Origin: Bdellovibrio sp. ZAP7
Lineage (GTDB): Bacteria > Bdellovibrionota > UBA1018 > CAIMNF01
Direction: 5' to 3'
NCBI GenBank assembly: GCA_945874535.1
Contig: CAMCGZ010000005.1
Coordinates: 29,276-93,275 of the forward strand
Length of the DNA: 64,000 nt
Below the pieces are notes generated by a model. The model made no database searches. It saw only the letters and a list, made by a program, of their open reading frames with translations, and was not told where the DNA came from. The translations under genes were made by a program, and so were the position numbers. This document shows positions 42,394 through 52,398 of the stretch, in pieces. Position 1 is the stretch's first letter. Each line of letters opens with the position of its first letter.

Positions 42394-44874
42394 TTAAGCG
42401 GCACGCTTCAAGGATTTGGCCACCGCAGGTTCGGCTGCGGCAACCGGCTTTTGTTTCTTGGTCTTGACCGGGCGGGTCTCGTGAGTCTCGCCACCAGCGC
42501 CGGGGAGATTCCCTTCGATCGGGAAAACCTTCTCGGTGAGGGCCACTTCAAGCACTTCGTCGATCGATTTCACCGGAACGAAGTTGAGGTGTTTGCGGTA
42601 CTCTTCGGGGATCTCTTCCAGATCCTTCCGGTTCTTCTCCGGAATGATGATGGTCTTGATCCCGTGCCTCATCGCCGCGAGGGACTTCTCCTTCAATCCG
42701 CCGATCGGGAGCACGCGGCCGGTCAGGGTGATCTCACCGGTCATCGCTACATCCTTACGGACCGGGATTCCGGTCAGACGGGAGATCATGGCAGTGGCCA
42801 TGGTGATCCCGGCTGAAGGGCCGTCTTTGGGGATGGCACCCTGAGGGAAGTGGACGTGGATGTCGGTTTCGCTCAAGACATCGGAGTTGATTCCGAAGTC
42901 CGCTGCGCGCCACCGGATCAGGCCGAGAGCGGCCTGGGCCGATTCCTTCATCACATCGCCGAGCTGGCCGGTGAGGAGCATGCCTCCCTTGCCACGGGTG
43001 GTTGCGGTCTCCACATAAAGGATTTCGCCACCTACCGAGGTCCAGGCGAGTCCGGTCGAAATACCGACCTCATCCTTTTCCTGCTCGTCTTCGCGGGAGT
43101 AAACCGCTGGCCCGAGGAATTTGGCCACCATCGCAGGATCGATCACGGTGGTGTCGGTCTTGCCTTCAGCCACCATGCGAGCGGTCTTACGGCAGACTGT
43201 TCCCACCAGGCGCTCGAGGTTCCGCAACCCGGCTTCCCGGGTGTAGTTCTCGACAATCGCGCTGATTCCTGTGTCGGTGAATTCGATTTGGTCCGAGGTC
43301 AGACCATTCTCGAGGATCTGTTTTTCGATCAGGTACCTGCGGGAAATGAAGTGTTTCTCTTCCTGCGTGTATCCGGAAAGCTGGATCACTTCCATCCGGT
43401 CACGGAGAGGCGCCGGAATCTGCTCGAGAGCGTTACAAGTGGTGATGAACATGACATTGGTCAGGTCGATCGGCACGTTGAGGTAGTGATCGCGGAACGC
43501 GTAGTTCTGTTCCGGATCGAGCACCTCGAGCAATGCTGCCGAAGGATCTCCCTTGTAGTCGGTTCCCATCTTGTCGAGCTCGTCCAGGATGAAGACGGGG
43601 TTGTTGGTTCCCGCTTGCTTCAAGCCCTGGATGATACGACCCGGGAGGGCGCCGACATAGGTACGGCGATGCCCGCGGATCTCGGCTTCGTCCTTCACTC
43701 CACCGAGGGAGATACGGACGAATTCACGGCCCAGCGCCTTGGCGATGGACTTGCCGAGTGAGGTCTTACCGACACCCGGAGGACCCGAGAAGCACAGGAT
43801 CGGCCCCTTCATGTTGTCCTTCTTCAGTTTGCGGACAGCGAGGAACTCGATGATCCGCTCTTTGATCTTGTCAAGCTTGTAATGGTCGTCATCCAGGATC
43901 TCCATGGCATGGTCGAGATCGAGATTGTCGACAGACGCCTTGCCCCAAGGGGTGTCGGTCATCCACTCGATATAAGTGCGCATCATGGAAGCTTCAGAGC
44001 TCTCTGGATGCATGCGCTCGAGACGTTGAAGCTGTTTCATGGCTTCTTGCTCGACGTTCGGCGGCATCTTGGCATTCATGACCTTCTCGCGGAGTTCGTT
44101 GATTTCTTCCGCCTTCGGATCATTGTCGCCGAGTTCGCTCTTGATCTGCTTCATCTGTTCGCGGAGGAAATATTCCTTCTGCGACTTACTGATCTCATCC
44201 TTGGTTTGTGACCGGATTTTTGCCTGAATGCTCAGGACTTCGGTCTCCTTGGTGAGGATCTCGTTGATCTTCTGGAGCTTGACGAATGGATCGTGGATCT
44301 CAAGCACATCCTGGGCAGTGCTGACCTTCAGTCCGAGATTGGAAGCGACGAGGTCGGCCATGCGGCTTGGCTCGGTGATGTTCTCAAGAACCATCATGAT
44401 GTCCGGGGCAAGAACCTTGCCGAGGCTGATCATCCGCTCGATCTGCTCCTTGATGGTGCGCATCAGGGCTTCGGATTCGGCCTTCTTCTCGTTGGCGACT
44501 TCTTGAACCTGTTCCACCTGAACTTCGTAAAACGGAGCGGTCTGGGTGAATTTTTTGACACGTGCTTTGCAAAGACCCTGGGTCAGGATTTTGATCCGAC
44601 CGTCGGGGAGCTTGCGCATGCGCATGATCATGGCGACAGTGCCGGTTTCGTAAATTCCGTCCGGAGTCGGTTGTTCGTCCGCGATGTTCTTCTGGGAAGA
44701 AAGAAAAATCAGGCGGTCGGTTTTGGAAAGCGCTTCTTCCACGCTACGGATGGATGAATCACGACCCACGAATAAAGGAATGATCATATAGGGAAATACA
44801 ACAATATCCCTTACAGGAAGCATCGGTAGTGTTTGTGGGATTTCAATCTGTTCGCCGTCGTAGTTAGTTACCAT
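42394..44874 (-). CDS. lon: ATP-dependent Lon protease
   Basis: LON N-domain, AAA+ Walker [10 protein letters not shown], and protease active-site PKDGPSAG. 826 aa. GGAGGG SD. Confidence 0.97.
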   Translation of the reverse strand: MVTNYDGEQIEIPQTLPMLPVRDIVVFPYMIIPLFVGRDSSIRSVEEALSKTDRLIFLSSQKNIADEQPTPDGIYETGTVAMIMRMRKLPDGRIKILTQGLCKARVKKFTQTAPFYEVQVEQVQEVANEKKAESEALMRTIKEQIERMISLGKVLAPDIMMVLENITEPSRMADLVASNLGLKVSTAQDVLEIHDPFVKLQKINEILTKETEVLSIQAKIRSQTKDEISKSQKEYFLREQMKQIKSELGDNDPKAEEINELREKVMNAKMPPNVEQEAMKQLQRLERMHPESSEASMMRTYIEWMTDTPWGKASVDNLDLDHAMEILDDDHYKLDKIKERIIEFLAVRKLKKDNMKGPILCFSGPPGVGKTSLGKSIAKALGREFVRISLGGVKDEAEIRGHRRTYVGALPGRIIQGLKQAGTNNPVFILDELDKMGTDYKGDPSAALLEVLDPEQNYAFRDHYLNVPIDLTNVMFITTCNALEQIPAPLRDRMEVIQLSGYTQEEKHFISRRYLIEKQILENGLTSDQIEFTDTGISAIVENYTREAGLRNLERLVGTVCRKTARMVAEGKTDTTVIDPAMVAKFLGPAVYSREDEQEKDEVGISTGLAWTSVGGEILYVETATTRGKGGMLLTGQLGDVMKESAQAALGLIRWRAADFGINSDVLSETDIHVHFPQGAIPKDGPSAGITMATAMISRLTGIPVRKDVAMTGEITLTGRVLPIGGLKEKSLAAMRHGIKTIIIPEKNRKDLEEIPEEYRKHLNFVPVKSIDEVLEVALTEKVFPIEGNLPGAGGETHETRPVKTKKQKPVAAAEPAVAKSLKRAA

Positions 44875-44968
44875 TTACCCTCCAACAGGTTGTACTCAAG
44901 GAACAGTTCGGAGAGGCCGGAGGATTGCTTTAGGGATTTGTTTTTACTTTGGTTTTAAACCAAATCAG

Positions 44969-45976
44969 TCAACTATTCTGACTGATGCCGAGAAGCTCAC
45001 CCAAGGCCTTCATGGCAGGCGGAAGGGGGGCTTCAAAACGGAGTTCCACCCCGGTGACCGGATGCCGGAAGCCGAGGATCCGGGCGTGCAGGGCCTGCCC
45101 GGGAAGGGCTTTTACTGCGCGCTGGATTTCAAGGGGGAGTAGCTTCCATTTGGCTTGAGAATCCGTGGGTGTCCCGTAGACCGGGTCACCGAGCAGGGAG
45201 TGGTGAAGGTGGGTGAGGTGCACGCGAACCTGGTGGGTCCGTCCGGTCATGAGACGGGCTTCGATCCAGCTCGCATAGGGAGACTTTCCTGCAACCGAAT
45301 ACTCACCGAGCTTGCGGAAAATCGACACCGCTTTCCGGCCATTTTCCACATTCACGGCCATTTTCTTACGATCCTGGGGGCTTCTTCCGAGGGTCGATTC
45401 GAAACGGAGCTCGTCCTCCCAGCGGGGCGATCCGAAGCAAAAGGCCCAATAGCGTCGTTCGATATCGTGGCGGGCGAAGAGTGCGGCGAGACCCGCATGG
45501 GCCGCATCTGTTTTGCTGACTACGAGAGCCCCGCTCGTGTCCTTGTCGATCCGATGGACGATTCCCGGACGTAAAACACCGCCAATTCCGCTCAAATCCT
45601 TGATCCGGTAAAGGAGGGCATTGACCAGAGTCCCCGAGCTCTGGGTTTCCGATGGATGCACCGTGAGTCCGGGCTGCTTGTTGACGACCAGGAGATGCTC
45701 GTCCTCGAACAGGATATCAAGAGGGATGTTCTCGGCGACCACATCGAGCGGGGTGGGTTCAGGGATGGCAATGACGATCTCGGATCCGGGAGTCAGTCGG
45801 TCCTTACCTCGAACCGGAACGCCCCCCGACGTGACCTGCGCCGAATCCATCAGCTTTTGCAGTTGGGACCTCGAAAGAGAGGGTGCTCCCTCCTCGTCCT
45901 CCAGCAGACGGATGAGTGCTTTATCGGCTCGTTCCGCCAAATCCCCAGGGACCGTGATGATCCATTTTCGGCTCAT
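44969..45976 (-). CDS. rluD: RluA-family 23S rRNA pseudouridine synthase (RluD-type, with S4 domain)
   Basis: Catalytic motif HRIDKDTSG and an N-terminal S4-like RNA-binding segment. Confidence 0.85.
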   Translation of the reverse strand: MSRKWIITVPGDLAERADKALIRLLEDEEGAPSLSRSQLQKLMDSAQVTSGGVPVRGKDRLTPGSEIVIAIPEPTPLDVVAENIPLDILFEDEHLLVVNKQPGLTVHPSETQSSGTLVNALLYRIKDLSGIGGVLRPGIVHRIDKDTSGALVVSKTDAAHAGLAALFARHDIERRYWAFCFGSPRWEDELRFESTLGRSPQDRKKMAVNVENGRKAVSIFRKLGEYSVAGKSPYASWIEARLMTGRTHQVRVHLTHLHHSLLGDPVYGTPTDSQAKWKLLPLEIQRAVKALPGQALHARILGFRHPVTGVELRFEAPLPPAMKALGELLGISQNS

Positions 45977-45978
45977 TT

Positions 45979-46653
45979 TCAGACTTTTTCGGGGAGAGAC
46001 GCCTTCATCCGTTCCAGATAGTGCCGGGTCACCTGGTCGACCGGAAGCTTCAGGCGCTTGCTGATCTGCTGCAAAAATCCTCTGACATAAACCACTGCCG
46101 GGAGCTTCGCGAAGTTCTCTTCCTCAAGCGCATGCAGGTAGGATCTGGAAATCCTCGTGTAGTCAGAAAGGTCCTCGAGAGTGATCCGTCGTGATTCGCG
46201 GATTTTGCGAAGCACGGGGCCCGTCCAGGTTTCTTCAGGACCCAGTGCCAGATCCGGCTCTGGAGAGGCCGATTCCTTCACCGGATTGCCGGCCACCGCA
46301 GGCTCCGTCCGACTCAGGGTGAGCGATGCCAGGCTGGCGCTCGTCGGGTTCGGCCAGGTATCGCTTACAGGCTCAGGAGAAGCGAAGGGTGCGACCGGAA
46401 TCCCAGGATTCATGCCGTGCCCCTGATCGTAGGCTCGACGCTTTTCGGGGTTTGAGAGCACGAGGTAGGCGTTCTCGACATTCTTGAGCATTTGCTCGGT
46501 TTCTTCCCTGGAGAACACACCGTAGTGGGCGATGTTGTCCTTCCCGTAAGCCGATTTCAGCCGGAGGTAGGCGGAACGGATCTCCTGGGGAGTCGCGTCC
46601 GGTGTGAGCTCCAGAAGGTCATAAAGGCTGAGGGGATCCTCGTTGAGGTGCAT
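45979..46653 (-). CDS. J-like domain (HPD motif replaced) fused to RodZ-type helix-turn-helix domain
   Basis: The N-terminus LYDLLELTPDATPQEIRSAYLRLKSAYGKDN...AYLVLSNPEKRRAYDQ aligns to a J domain, but has GKD where HPD is expected. The C-terminus LRKIRESRRITLEDLSDYTRISRSYLHALEEENFAKLP is a RodZ/Xre-like HTH. Confidence 0.65.
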   Translation of the reverse strand: MHLNEDPLSLYDLLELTPDATPQEIRSAYLRLKSAYGKDNIAHYGVFSREETEQMLKNVENAYLVLSNPEKRRAYDQGHGMNPGIPVAPFASPEPVSDTWPNPTSASLASLTLSRTEPAVAGNPVKESASPEPDLALGPEETWTGPVLRKIRESRRITLEDLSDYTRISRSYLHALEEENFAKLPAVVYVRGFLQQISKRLKLPVDQVTRHYLERMKASLPEKV

Positions 46654-46655
46654 AT

Positions 46656-47711
46656 TTATTCTGCAAGGGTATGTTCAATCCGGGCTTGTTTCAACAGGTA
46701 ATTGACAATCCGGTCGATGTGAATGGCGATCCGGGAATGGGGATATTCAGCAAGAATGGGGCGCATTTTACGGACCGACTGCCAGACGTTCGGCTCATAT
46801 TCGATGTAGCCGAGATAATCGAGGTCGATCCCGAAATACTTTTTTGCCACACTCTTCATGGAAAAGCCCACGTCCACGTCAGTCTGGCTCCGGGTCTGGT
46901 TGATCACCAGTTTGGGCCGGAAATTCTTGATGGCGTTCCGCAACTCCATGGCCAACGCCGGATTCTGGAAATTGGTCTCGGTCAGGAGCTGCTGGGGCGA
47001 TTGAATCCCGAGCGGATGGTTCGGGGTCATCGCGGCCTCGATCAATGGGCGGATGCCCTCGAAACGCGGGCTCTCGAGGAGACGGCTGTAGTAGCATGCT
47101 TTGATAAAACGGTAGGCGTTCTCGATCGAGGTCGGTTCAGGAAGTGCGGTAATGATCCCGATTTCAGCATGATTGAAGAACTCGAGCGTATACGCGCTCG
47201 TGCCTGCGCCGAGGTCGAGGATGACAAAGTGATGGTTCATCCGGTCGAGAGCCGACAGGATGCTCCGGATCTTGTCCTTGGAAATCTGTGTGATTTTGAG
47301 GTCGTCTTTAGCGCCGGCGATCATCTGGAGATTCTGGAACTGGGTCTGTACGATGCAGTCTTTCAAGTCGGTGACTGAACCGTTCAGAAAATCGGAGAGG
47401 CATTTGGCCGGAGGAGACTGCCCGAGTACCGTATGAAGATTCGCTCCACCGAGGTCGAGATCGACGACGAGGGTGTTGTATCCCATTCTTGCCAGGGTGA
47501 AAGCCAAGGAAGAAGAGAGCAGGCTTTTCCCTACGCCACCCTTGCCGCCGCCGATCGCCCAGATCTGCTGCTTCAAAAAAGGACTCCGGGAATTGAATTG
47601 AGTGCCATGGGTCATGGAGCGTGGGTCTTTCAGTGACATGTTTGTTTCCATCCTAGAAACCACCTGTCCTTTTAGCCTAAAATACGAGGGGTGATTGTCA
47701 AGGAAATCCAT
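46656..47711 (-). CDS. MinD/ParA-family P-loop ATPase (FlhG/MinD-like)
   Basis: Deviant Walker A GGGKGGVGKS, followed by VVDLDLGGANLH. Start uncertain (47711, 47651 or 47639). Confidence 0.8.
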   Translation of the reverse strand: MDFLDNHPSYFRLKGQVVSRMETNMSLKDPRSMTHGTQFNSRSPFLKQQIWAIGGGKGGVGKSLLSSSLAFTLARMGYNTLVVDLDLGGANLHTVLGQSPPAKCLSDFLNGSVTDLKDCIVQTQFQNLQMIAGAKDDLKITQISKDKIRSILSALDRMNHHFVILDLGAGTSAYTLEFFNHAEIGIITALPEPTSIENAYRFIKACYYSRLLESPRFEGIRPLIEAAMTPNHPLGIQSPQQLLTETNFQNPALAMELRNAIKNFRPKLVINQTRSQTDVDVGFSMKSVAKKYFGIDLDYLGYIEYEPNVWQSVRKMRPILAEYPHSRIAIHIDRIVNYLLKQARIEHTLAE

Positions 47712-48389
47712 TCGTTATACGATCTGCCCATGCAGGACCGTCCCTCACTGTCACCCTCTTGGCGCTTACGCCTCAGGAACGATCTCCACCTCGGAAGGAA
47801 GATCTGGCACTGCGGGATGGGTGTGTTCATGGCTTTAGTCTACGGACTCGGCACGCCGAAGAGCGTTTGTGTCGGTCTCCTTTCGGGAGGCCTCGCCTTT
47901 TTTCTTGCCGGGGAGTACGCGCGTCTCAGATTTCCCCGATTGAACTCGATCGCCATCAAGGTCATGGGGCCGGTCATGCGCTCGAGTGAGGTGAATCGGG
48001 TGAGTGGCACCCCCTTTTATGTCGGTTCGGTGCTCCTTTCCGTGGCCATTTTTCCGAAGCCGATCGCCATCCTTTCCATACTTTTTCTTGCGATCGGCGA
48101 TCCGGTGTCCTCGATTTTCGGAATCACCTGGGGCCACAAAGGCCCGAGATTTTCCAATGGCAAATCACTGATCGGAACGGCTGCAGGGATGGGAATTTGC
48201 GCGGTGATTGCGTTTTTTTACCTGTATTTCACAGGCGTTCCCGCTCTGGCTTCGGCATTGACCGCTTTGGCCGGAGGTTTGGCAGGAGGGGGTGCCGAGA
48301 TGATCCCGCTCGAGATCGACGACAACTTTTCGATTCCTCTCGTCAGTGGATTGGCGTTGTGGGTGGCCTTCACGGTCTTCGGGATCTGA
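47691..48389 (+). CDS. Polyprenol/dolichol kinase - CTP-transferase-family membrane protein
   Basis: Polytopic membrane protein with RKIWHCGMG and a C-terminal GDPVSSIFG...GKSLIGTAAG pattern, typical of the phytol/dolichol kinase (CTP_transf_1-like) family. Start uncertain (GTG 47691 or ATG 47730). Confidence 0.55.
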   Translation: MIVKEIHSLYDLPMQDRPSLSPSWRLRLRNDLHLGRKIWHCGMGVFMALVYGLGTPKSVCVGLLSGGLAFFLAGEYARLRFPRLNSIAIKVMGPVMRSSEVNRVSGTPFYVGSVLLSVAIFPKPIAILSILFLAIGDPVSSIFGITWGHKGPRFSNGKSLIGTAAGMGICAVIAFFYLYFTGVPALASALTALAGGLAGGGAEMIPLEIDDNFSIPLVSGLALWVAFTVFGI

Positions 48390-50351
48390 ATGGAGTTGTT
48401 GAAGCAGACTTCTCTCATCCTCGGCCTGGTGGCCCTCACGATCGGAGTCTGGACCCTGTTCCGGCACTGGCGCAACCGGGTGTCCGTTCTCTTCTCTTTT
48501 CTGTGCTTCCTCGTGTCAGTCTGGGCACTGAGCTTTGTCTCTCACGCGACTCTTTTCGGTCGCCTTTCCTACGACATCCACTTGTTTTGTCATGTGCTGC
48601 TCGCTCCGACCGGGGTCCTGCTCATGTCGAGCTTTCTGGTTCGTAAAATCGACGCATTCAGTCGCTTTCTGTTTCTGACGGCCCTGGTCGGTGGTGCCGG
48701 GCTGTGTTTCCTGATCGTGTTCTCCCTCGGGCATGGGGAGTGGTTCCGTCTGGCCACGGGTTTCTGGCCCTCATTCATCCTGGTGGAATACATCCACCTG
48801 CTCTTTCTCGAGGCACGGAGAAGCGCCGAAGCCGGTTTCGGACACCTCCCGAGAGGCCGGAAGATGGTCCTCTATCTCGGTCCGATTCTCTCACTTGCAT
48901 TTTGTACCTTCGATCACATTCCAGGGATGGGGACCGGGATTCCGTCGATCGGCAATCTCTTGTTCGCCGTCTATTTGGGGTTCGCAAGTCAGATCATCAA
49001 TCCCAGAAAGCTTTTCGGTCTCGATTCGCTCGTGTCCCGTTTCCTGGCGGTGCTCACTTTGTCTCTCATTCTCACCGGATTCTTCGCACTCCTGTACAAC
49101 ACGATCAGCAGGTCGTTTCCATTGTTTTTGCTCAACTCTTTCCTGATTTCGTTTGCGGTACTCGCTCTCTGGAGTCCCTTGGTGACGTTCTTCAGGTTCA
49201 TGGGGCGTAGATTTTTTCCTCTTACACGGAACGAGGAGAAAGACACGGTCGATCGCTTCAGGATCCTGCTCTCTGCGGTGACCTCGCTCGAGGACTTGCA
49301 TGAGGGACTTCGGCAGTTTTTCATGAAAACCCACGGGGCCGAGCGGGTCGAGATCACTCTGGATCCCTCCGGTGTGAGTTTACCTGAAAATGTCGAATCC
49401 TACTTTTTCGAGCTCCGCGAGAAGGGGCTCCCTCCGGTATTGCATCGGGGAATCCTCGAGCAGGAGCGCGATGCCCTGTATACCCGTGAGAGCCGGAAAC
49501 CGATCGAGATGATTCTTGAATACCTCGATGCCGGGGGCTTCGACGGGGTTCTTCCGGCGTATTCGAATGAAAGGGTCGTGGGACTCATCCGGATCCGCAT
49601 TCCTTCCGGGCGATGGAGCCCGGAAACCCGCTTTTTTCCGATTCCGGCCGCACCTGACTTGTTGAGCGAACTCGGGGACCAGGTCTGCAGGCTCGCTCGC
49701 ATGGGCGAGGTCCGCGAACGTGAGAGACTCATTTTGCTCGGAGAGATGGCCGCCGGTCTTGCTCACGAGATCCGGAACCCTCTCGGTTCCATCCGCGGAG
49801 CAGCCGATCTGCTTCAGGACTCCGGGCCCTTTGTCGAGGTCATCCGGGATGAGACTGCGCGTCTGAACCGTCTGGTCTCGCAATTTCTCGATTTTTCGAG
49901 GAATCCACAGGACGGCCGGCAACGGATCGACCTGTGCGCGCTCCTCCCTCGAGCGATCACCAACACCGCATTCCTGGTTCCTTCGGTGGTTGATTTGCAT
50001 TTTGACGGAAAGGATCATCCTGTTCCAGTTGAGGTTGTTCCCGATTCGATCCAACAGGTTCTTTCCAATCTGATTCAGAATTCGGTCAAGGCCCTCGAGG
50101 GGATTCAGAATGCCAAGATCATCGTGAAGGTCGAAGAAAACGGTTTCTCGGTAACGGATAACGGTATCGGGATGAGCGAAGCGGTGAGATCCCGGGTACT
50201 CGAGCCGTTTTTCACCTCCTCCGGTACGGGGACCGGGCTCGGACTTGCGATTTGCGAGCGCCTGATCCGCCACGATCGCGGATGGCTCAAGCTCGAGTCG
50301 AGCCCCGGCCAGGGAACACGAGTGGAAGTGGGGTATCCGGATGCGCGATAA
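48390..50351 (+). CDS. Sensor histidine kinase with large polytopic N-terminal sensor region
   Basis: About 7-8 N-terminal TM helices, H-box LAHEIRNPLGSI, and N/G boxes (LIQNSVKA, DNGIGM, GTGLGLAI). Confidence 0.88.
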   Translation: MELLKQTSLILGLVALTIGVWTLFRHWRNRVSVLFSFLCFLVSVWALSFVSHATLFGRLSYDIHLFCHVLLAPTGVLLMSSFLVRKIDAFSRFLFLTALVGGAGLCFLIVFSLGHGEWFRLATGFWPSFILVEYIHLLFLEARRSAEAGFGHLPRGRKMVLYLGPILSLAFCTFDHIPGMGTGIPSIGNLLFAVYLGFASQIINPRKLFGLDSLVSRFLAVLTLSLILTGFFALLYNTISRSFPLFLLNSFLISFAVLALWSPLVTFFRFMGRRFFPLTRNEEKDTVDRFRILLSAVTSLEDLHEGLRQFFMKTHGAERVEITLDPSGVSLPENVESYFFELREKGLPPVLHRGILEQERDALYTRESRKPIEMILEYLDAGGFDGVLPAYSNERVVGLIRIRIPSGRWSPETRFFPIPAAPDLLSELGDQVCRLARMGEVRERERLILLGEMAAGLAHEIRNPLGSIRGAADLLQDSGPFVEVIRDETARLNRLVSQFLDFSRNPQDGRQRIDLCALLPRAITNTAFLVPSVVDLHFDGKDHPVPVEVVPDSIQQVLSNLIQNSVKALEGIQNAKIIVKVEENGFSVTDNGIGMSEAVRSRVLEPFFTSSGTGTGLGLAICERLIRHDRGWLKLESSPGQGTRVEVGYPDAR

Positions 50352-51513
50352 AGTCGTCATCATTGATGATGAAGCCAATCTCAGGATGATTCTCGAGGCC
50401 ACCTTGGTCCGGGCCGGCTACGATGCCGTGGCATTTTCGGGTTTCGAAGAGGCCAGGAACGTGATCGACACGGAGGATCTTGCAGCGGTGCTGACCGATC
50501 TCCAGATGCCCCATCACGATGGCATGGATGTGCTTCAGTATTGTCACCGTTACACTCCCGATCTTCCAGTGATTCTTCTCACAGCTTACGGAACGGTGGA
50601 GCGTGCTGTGGCCGCTCTCAAGGCGGGAGCATTCGACTTCGTGGTGAAACCCTTCGATCACGGAGATCTGTTGCGAACGCTCGAAAAAGCCTGCCAGAGT
50701 CGGCGTTTCAGGCGTCGTGAGCCCGCACTTGAAATCATGAGTGCGGTCGGAGTCGGTCCCGTGCCCGTACCCCTGTTCGGTCGTGACTCATCCACAGTTC
50801 GACTGAGGGAAGAGGTTGAAAGGATTGCGAAGACGGACTCCTCGGTCTGGATGTCGGGAGAGGTCGGTACCGGGAAGCGTTCCGTAGCCTATGAGATCCA
50901 TAGGAAGTCCGATCGATCCCGTCATGCGTTTGTCCAGGTTTCTTGTGCCACCCTGCCTCCTGTTTTTCAGATGACAGAGTTGTTCGGGGTCGAAAAGGGC
51001 GCGAGCCCGGTGAATCATTTCAGTAAACCGGGAGTCTTCGAGTTGGCCCAGGGGGGGACACTTTTTATCGAAGAAATCGACAGTTTGTCGATCGAAACCC
51101 AGAACGCGGTATTCAATATGCTCGAGACCGAGAGTTTCTCGAGGGTGGGCGGGGTTCGTTTGTTTCCCACCGATTTCAGGATCATCGCGACCAGTTCGCA
51201 CGATCTCGACCGTGAGGTCCGGGAGGGGCTGTTCCATGTGGAGCTCTATTATAAGCTCACCGCTTCGGTGCTCGGACTCCTACCGCTCAGGGACCGTACT
51301 GCAGACCTCGAATCCGACCTTTTGCCGTATTTTCTGTCACGGGCTTGCAGGCGTCGTGGGGTTCCATTGAAGTCGATCGATCTAGATGCACTCTCCTGGT
51401 TAATTTCGCGTGAATGGCCAGGAAATCTCGGAGAGCTCGAACGGGCGATCCAAAGGGCGGTCGACCACGCTACCGGAGATGTTCTCCGGGTTCAGGATTT
51501 TACGGGTGTTTGA
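50341..51513 (+). CDS. NtrC-family response regulator: REC + sigma-54-type AAA+ domain, GAFTGA loop degenerate, no DNA-binding domain
   Basis: REC (IIDDE, LTDLQMP, VVKPF). AAA+ Walker A GEVGTGKRS, ELFGVEKGASPVN in place of ELFGhEKGAFTGA, GGTLFIEEID, WPGNLGELE. The protein ends ~25 aa later without a Fis-type HTH. Confidence 0.8.
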   Translation: MRDKVVIIDDEANLRMILEATLVRAGYDAVAFSGFEEARNVIDTEDLAAVLTDLQMPHHDGMDVLQYCHRYTPDLPVILLTAYGTVERAVAALKAGAFDFVVKPFDHGDLLRTLEKACQSRRFRRREPALEIMSAVGVGPVPVPLFGRDSSTVRLREEVERIAKTDSSVWMSGEVGTGKRSVAYEIHRKSDRSRHAFVQVSCATLPPVFQMTELFGVEKGASPVNHFSKPGVFELAQGGTLFIEEIDSLSIETQNAVFNMLETESFSRVGGVRLFPTDFRIIATSSHDLDREVREGLFHVELYYKLTASVLGLLPLRDRTADLESDLLPYFLSRACRRRGVPLKSIDLDALSWLISREWPGNLGELERAIQRAVDHATGDVLRVQDFTGV

Positions 51514-52358
51514 ACCCGGATCTGTCCGGAGGGCTCGATCCGGATCCGGCCGGCATTCAGGGCTTCTTGAAGGACCCTCGTGAACTCATTCCAATTGTCC
51601 GGGCTCCAGTGTTCCTGAAGCAGGGGGAGCCTGCATTCACCGAACTCCGATTCGAGGCGCGCGATCATTTGATCGAAGGGGTGGTCGGGGAGAGCGGGGA
51701 ACAGGTTTTTCTGAGGTTCCAGAAGGCGAGGCCAGGTGTCCAGAAGACTGCTGACTCCGTAAAACGGAAGAGCGAAGGGGTGGCGTTCAGGTCGGGATCG
51801 GGAGAGGAGCTTTTCGTTCCCACTAAAACAGGGATCCCCCGGAAAGGCCGGTGTCGCATACAGATCCCGGTCCAATCGGGAGGCCCAATGGGCGGTGTTC
51901 AATGTTCCGGATACGGCTGCTCCCTCCACCACCCAAACCGCGCGTGCCCATTCGGCGATGAGACGGTTCCGATCGTGGAAGTGACGGGGCAAAGGCGGAG
52001 TCCCGTCCGGAAATGGAGAGAGGATCATTCCACCTTGATTCACAATCTCCTCTTTGATCCGGGCGGATCCCGCCGGGTAATCCACGTCGATTCCGGATCC
52101 GATGATCGCGAGAGTGCGCAGACCGGTCCGGAGTGCCGCACGGTGTGCGGTCTCATCGATTCCCCGTGCGAGTCCTGAAATCACGGTCAGTCCTGAGCCC
52201 CGGAGAGAGTCCACGGTATCATCGACCAGTCGGATCGACCGACTCTGGGGCTTCCTCGTTCCGACGATAGAGAAGCCGGAATCCGGCAGGGCTCGAAGCC
52301 AGGACTCGGGTTCATCGAGGCAGAGAATGCGCCACTTCGAATAGCTGATGGGATCCAT
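51492..52358 (-). CDS. dprA: DNA-processing protein DprA (Smf)
   Basis: Rossmann-like DprA core SIVGTRKP...VISGLARGIDETAHRAAL...IAIIGSGIDVDYP. Confidence 0.85.
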   Translation of the reverse strand: MDPISYSKWRILCLDEPESWLRALPDSGFSIVGTRKPQSRSIRLVDDTVDSLRGSGLTVISGLARGIDETAHRAALRTGLRTLAIIGSGIDVDYPAGSARIKEEIVNQGGMILSPFPDGTPPLPRHFHDRNRLIAEWARAVWVVEGAAVSGTLNTAHWASRLDRDLYATPAFPGDPCFSGNEKLLSRSRPERHPFALPFYGVSSLLDTWPRLLEPQKNLFPALPDHPFDQMIARLESEFGECRLPLLQEHWSPDNWNEFTRVLQEALNAGRIRIEPSGQIRVQTPVKS

Positions 52359-52398
52359 GCCCGTCAGGTTTCAAGGTTCATGCCGCGCGGGAAGGGAT

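Noticed and set aside
42850-43761. 303-aa plus-strand ORF inside lon
   Set aside because: It is antisense to Lon protease (Walker A and the PKDGPSAG active site are on the other strand), so it is a shadow ORF.
44948-44964. 17-bp AT-rich palindrome TTTGGTTT-T-AAACCAAA between rluD and lon, considered as a terminator or heat-shock operator
   Set aside because: The stem is weak (AT-rich, 1-nt loop) and no U-tract follows on the transcribed strand. It does not resemble CIRCE or sigma-32 elements. There is not enough evidence for any call.
47805-47820. TGGCAC hexamer as a third sigma-54 promoter
   Set aside because: It lies inside a coding region, and the -12 position lacks the GC dinucleotide (TGGCACtgcggGATGG).
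49380-50402. 340-aa minus-strand ORF
   Set aside because: It is antisense to the histidine kinase catalytic region (H, N and G boxes are on the plus strand). It has no motifs of its own.
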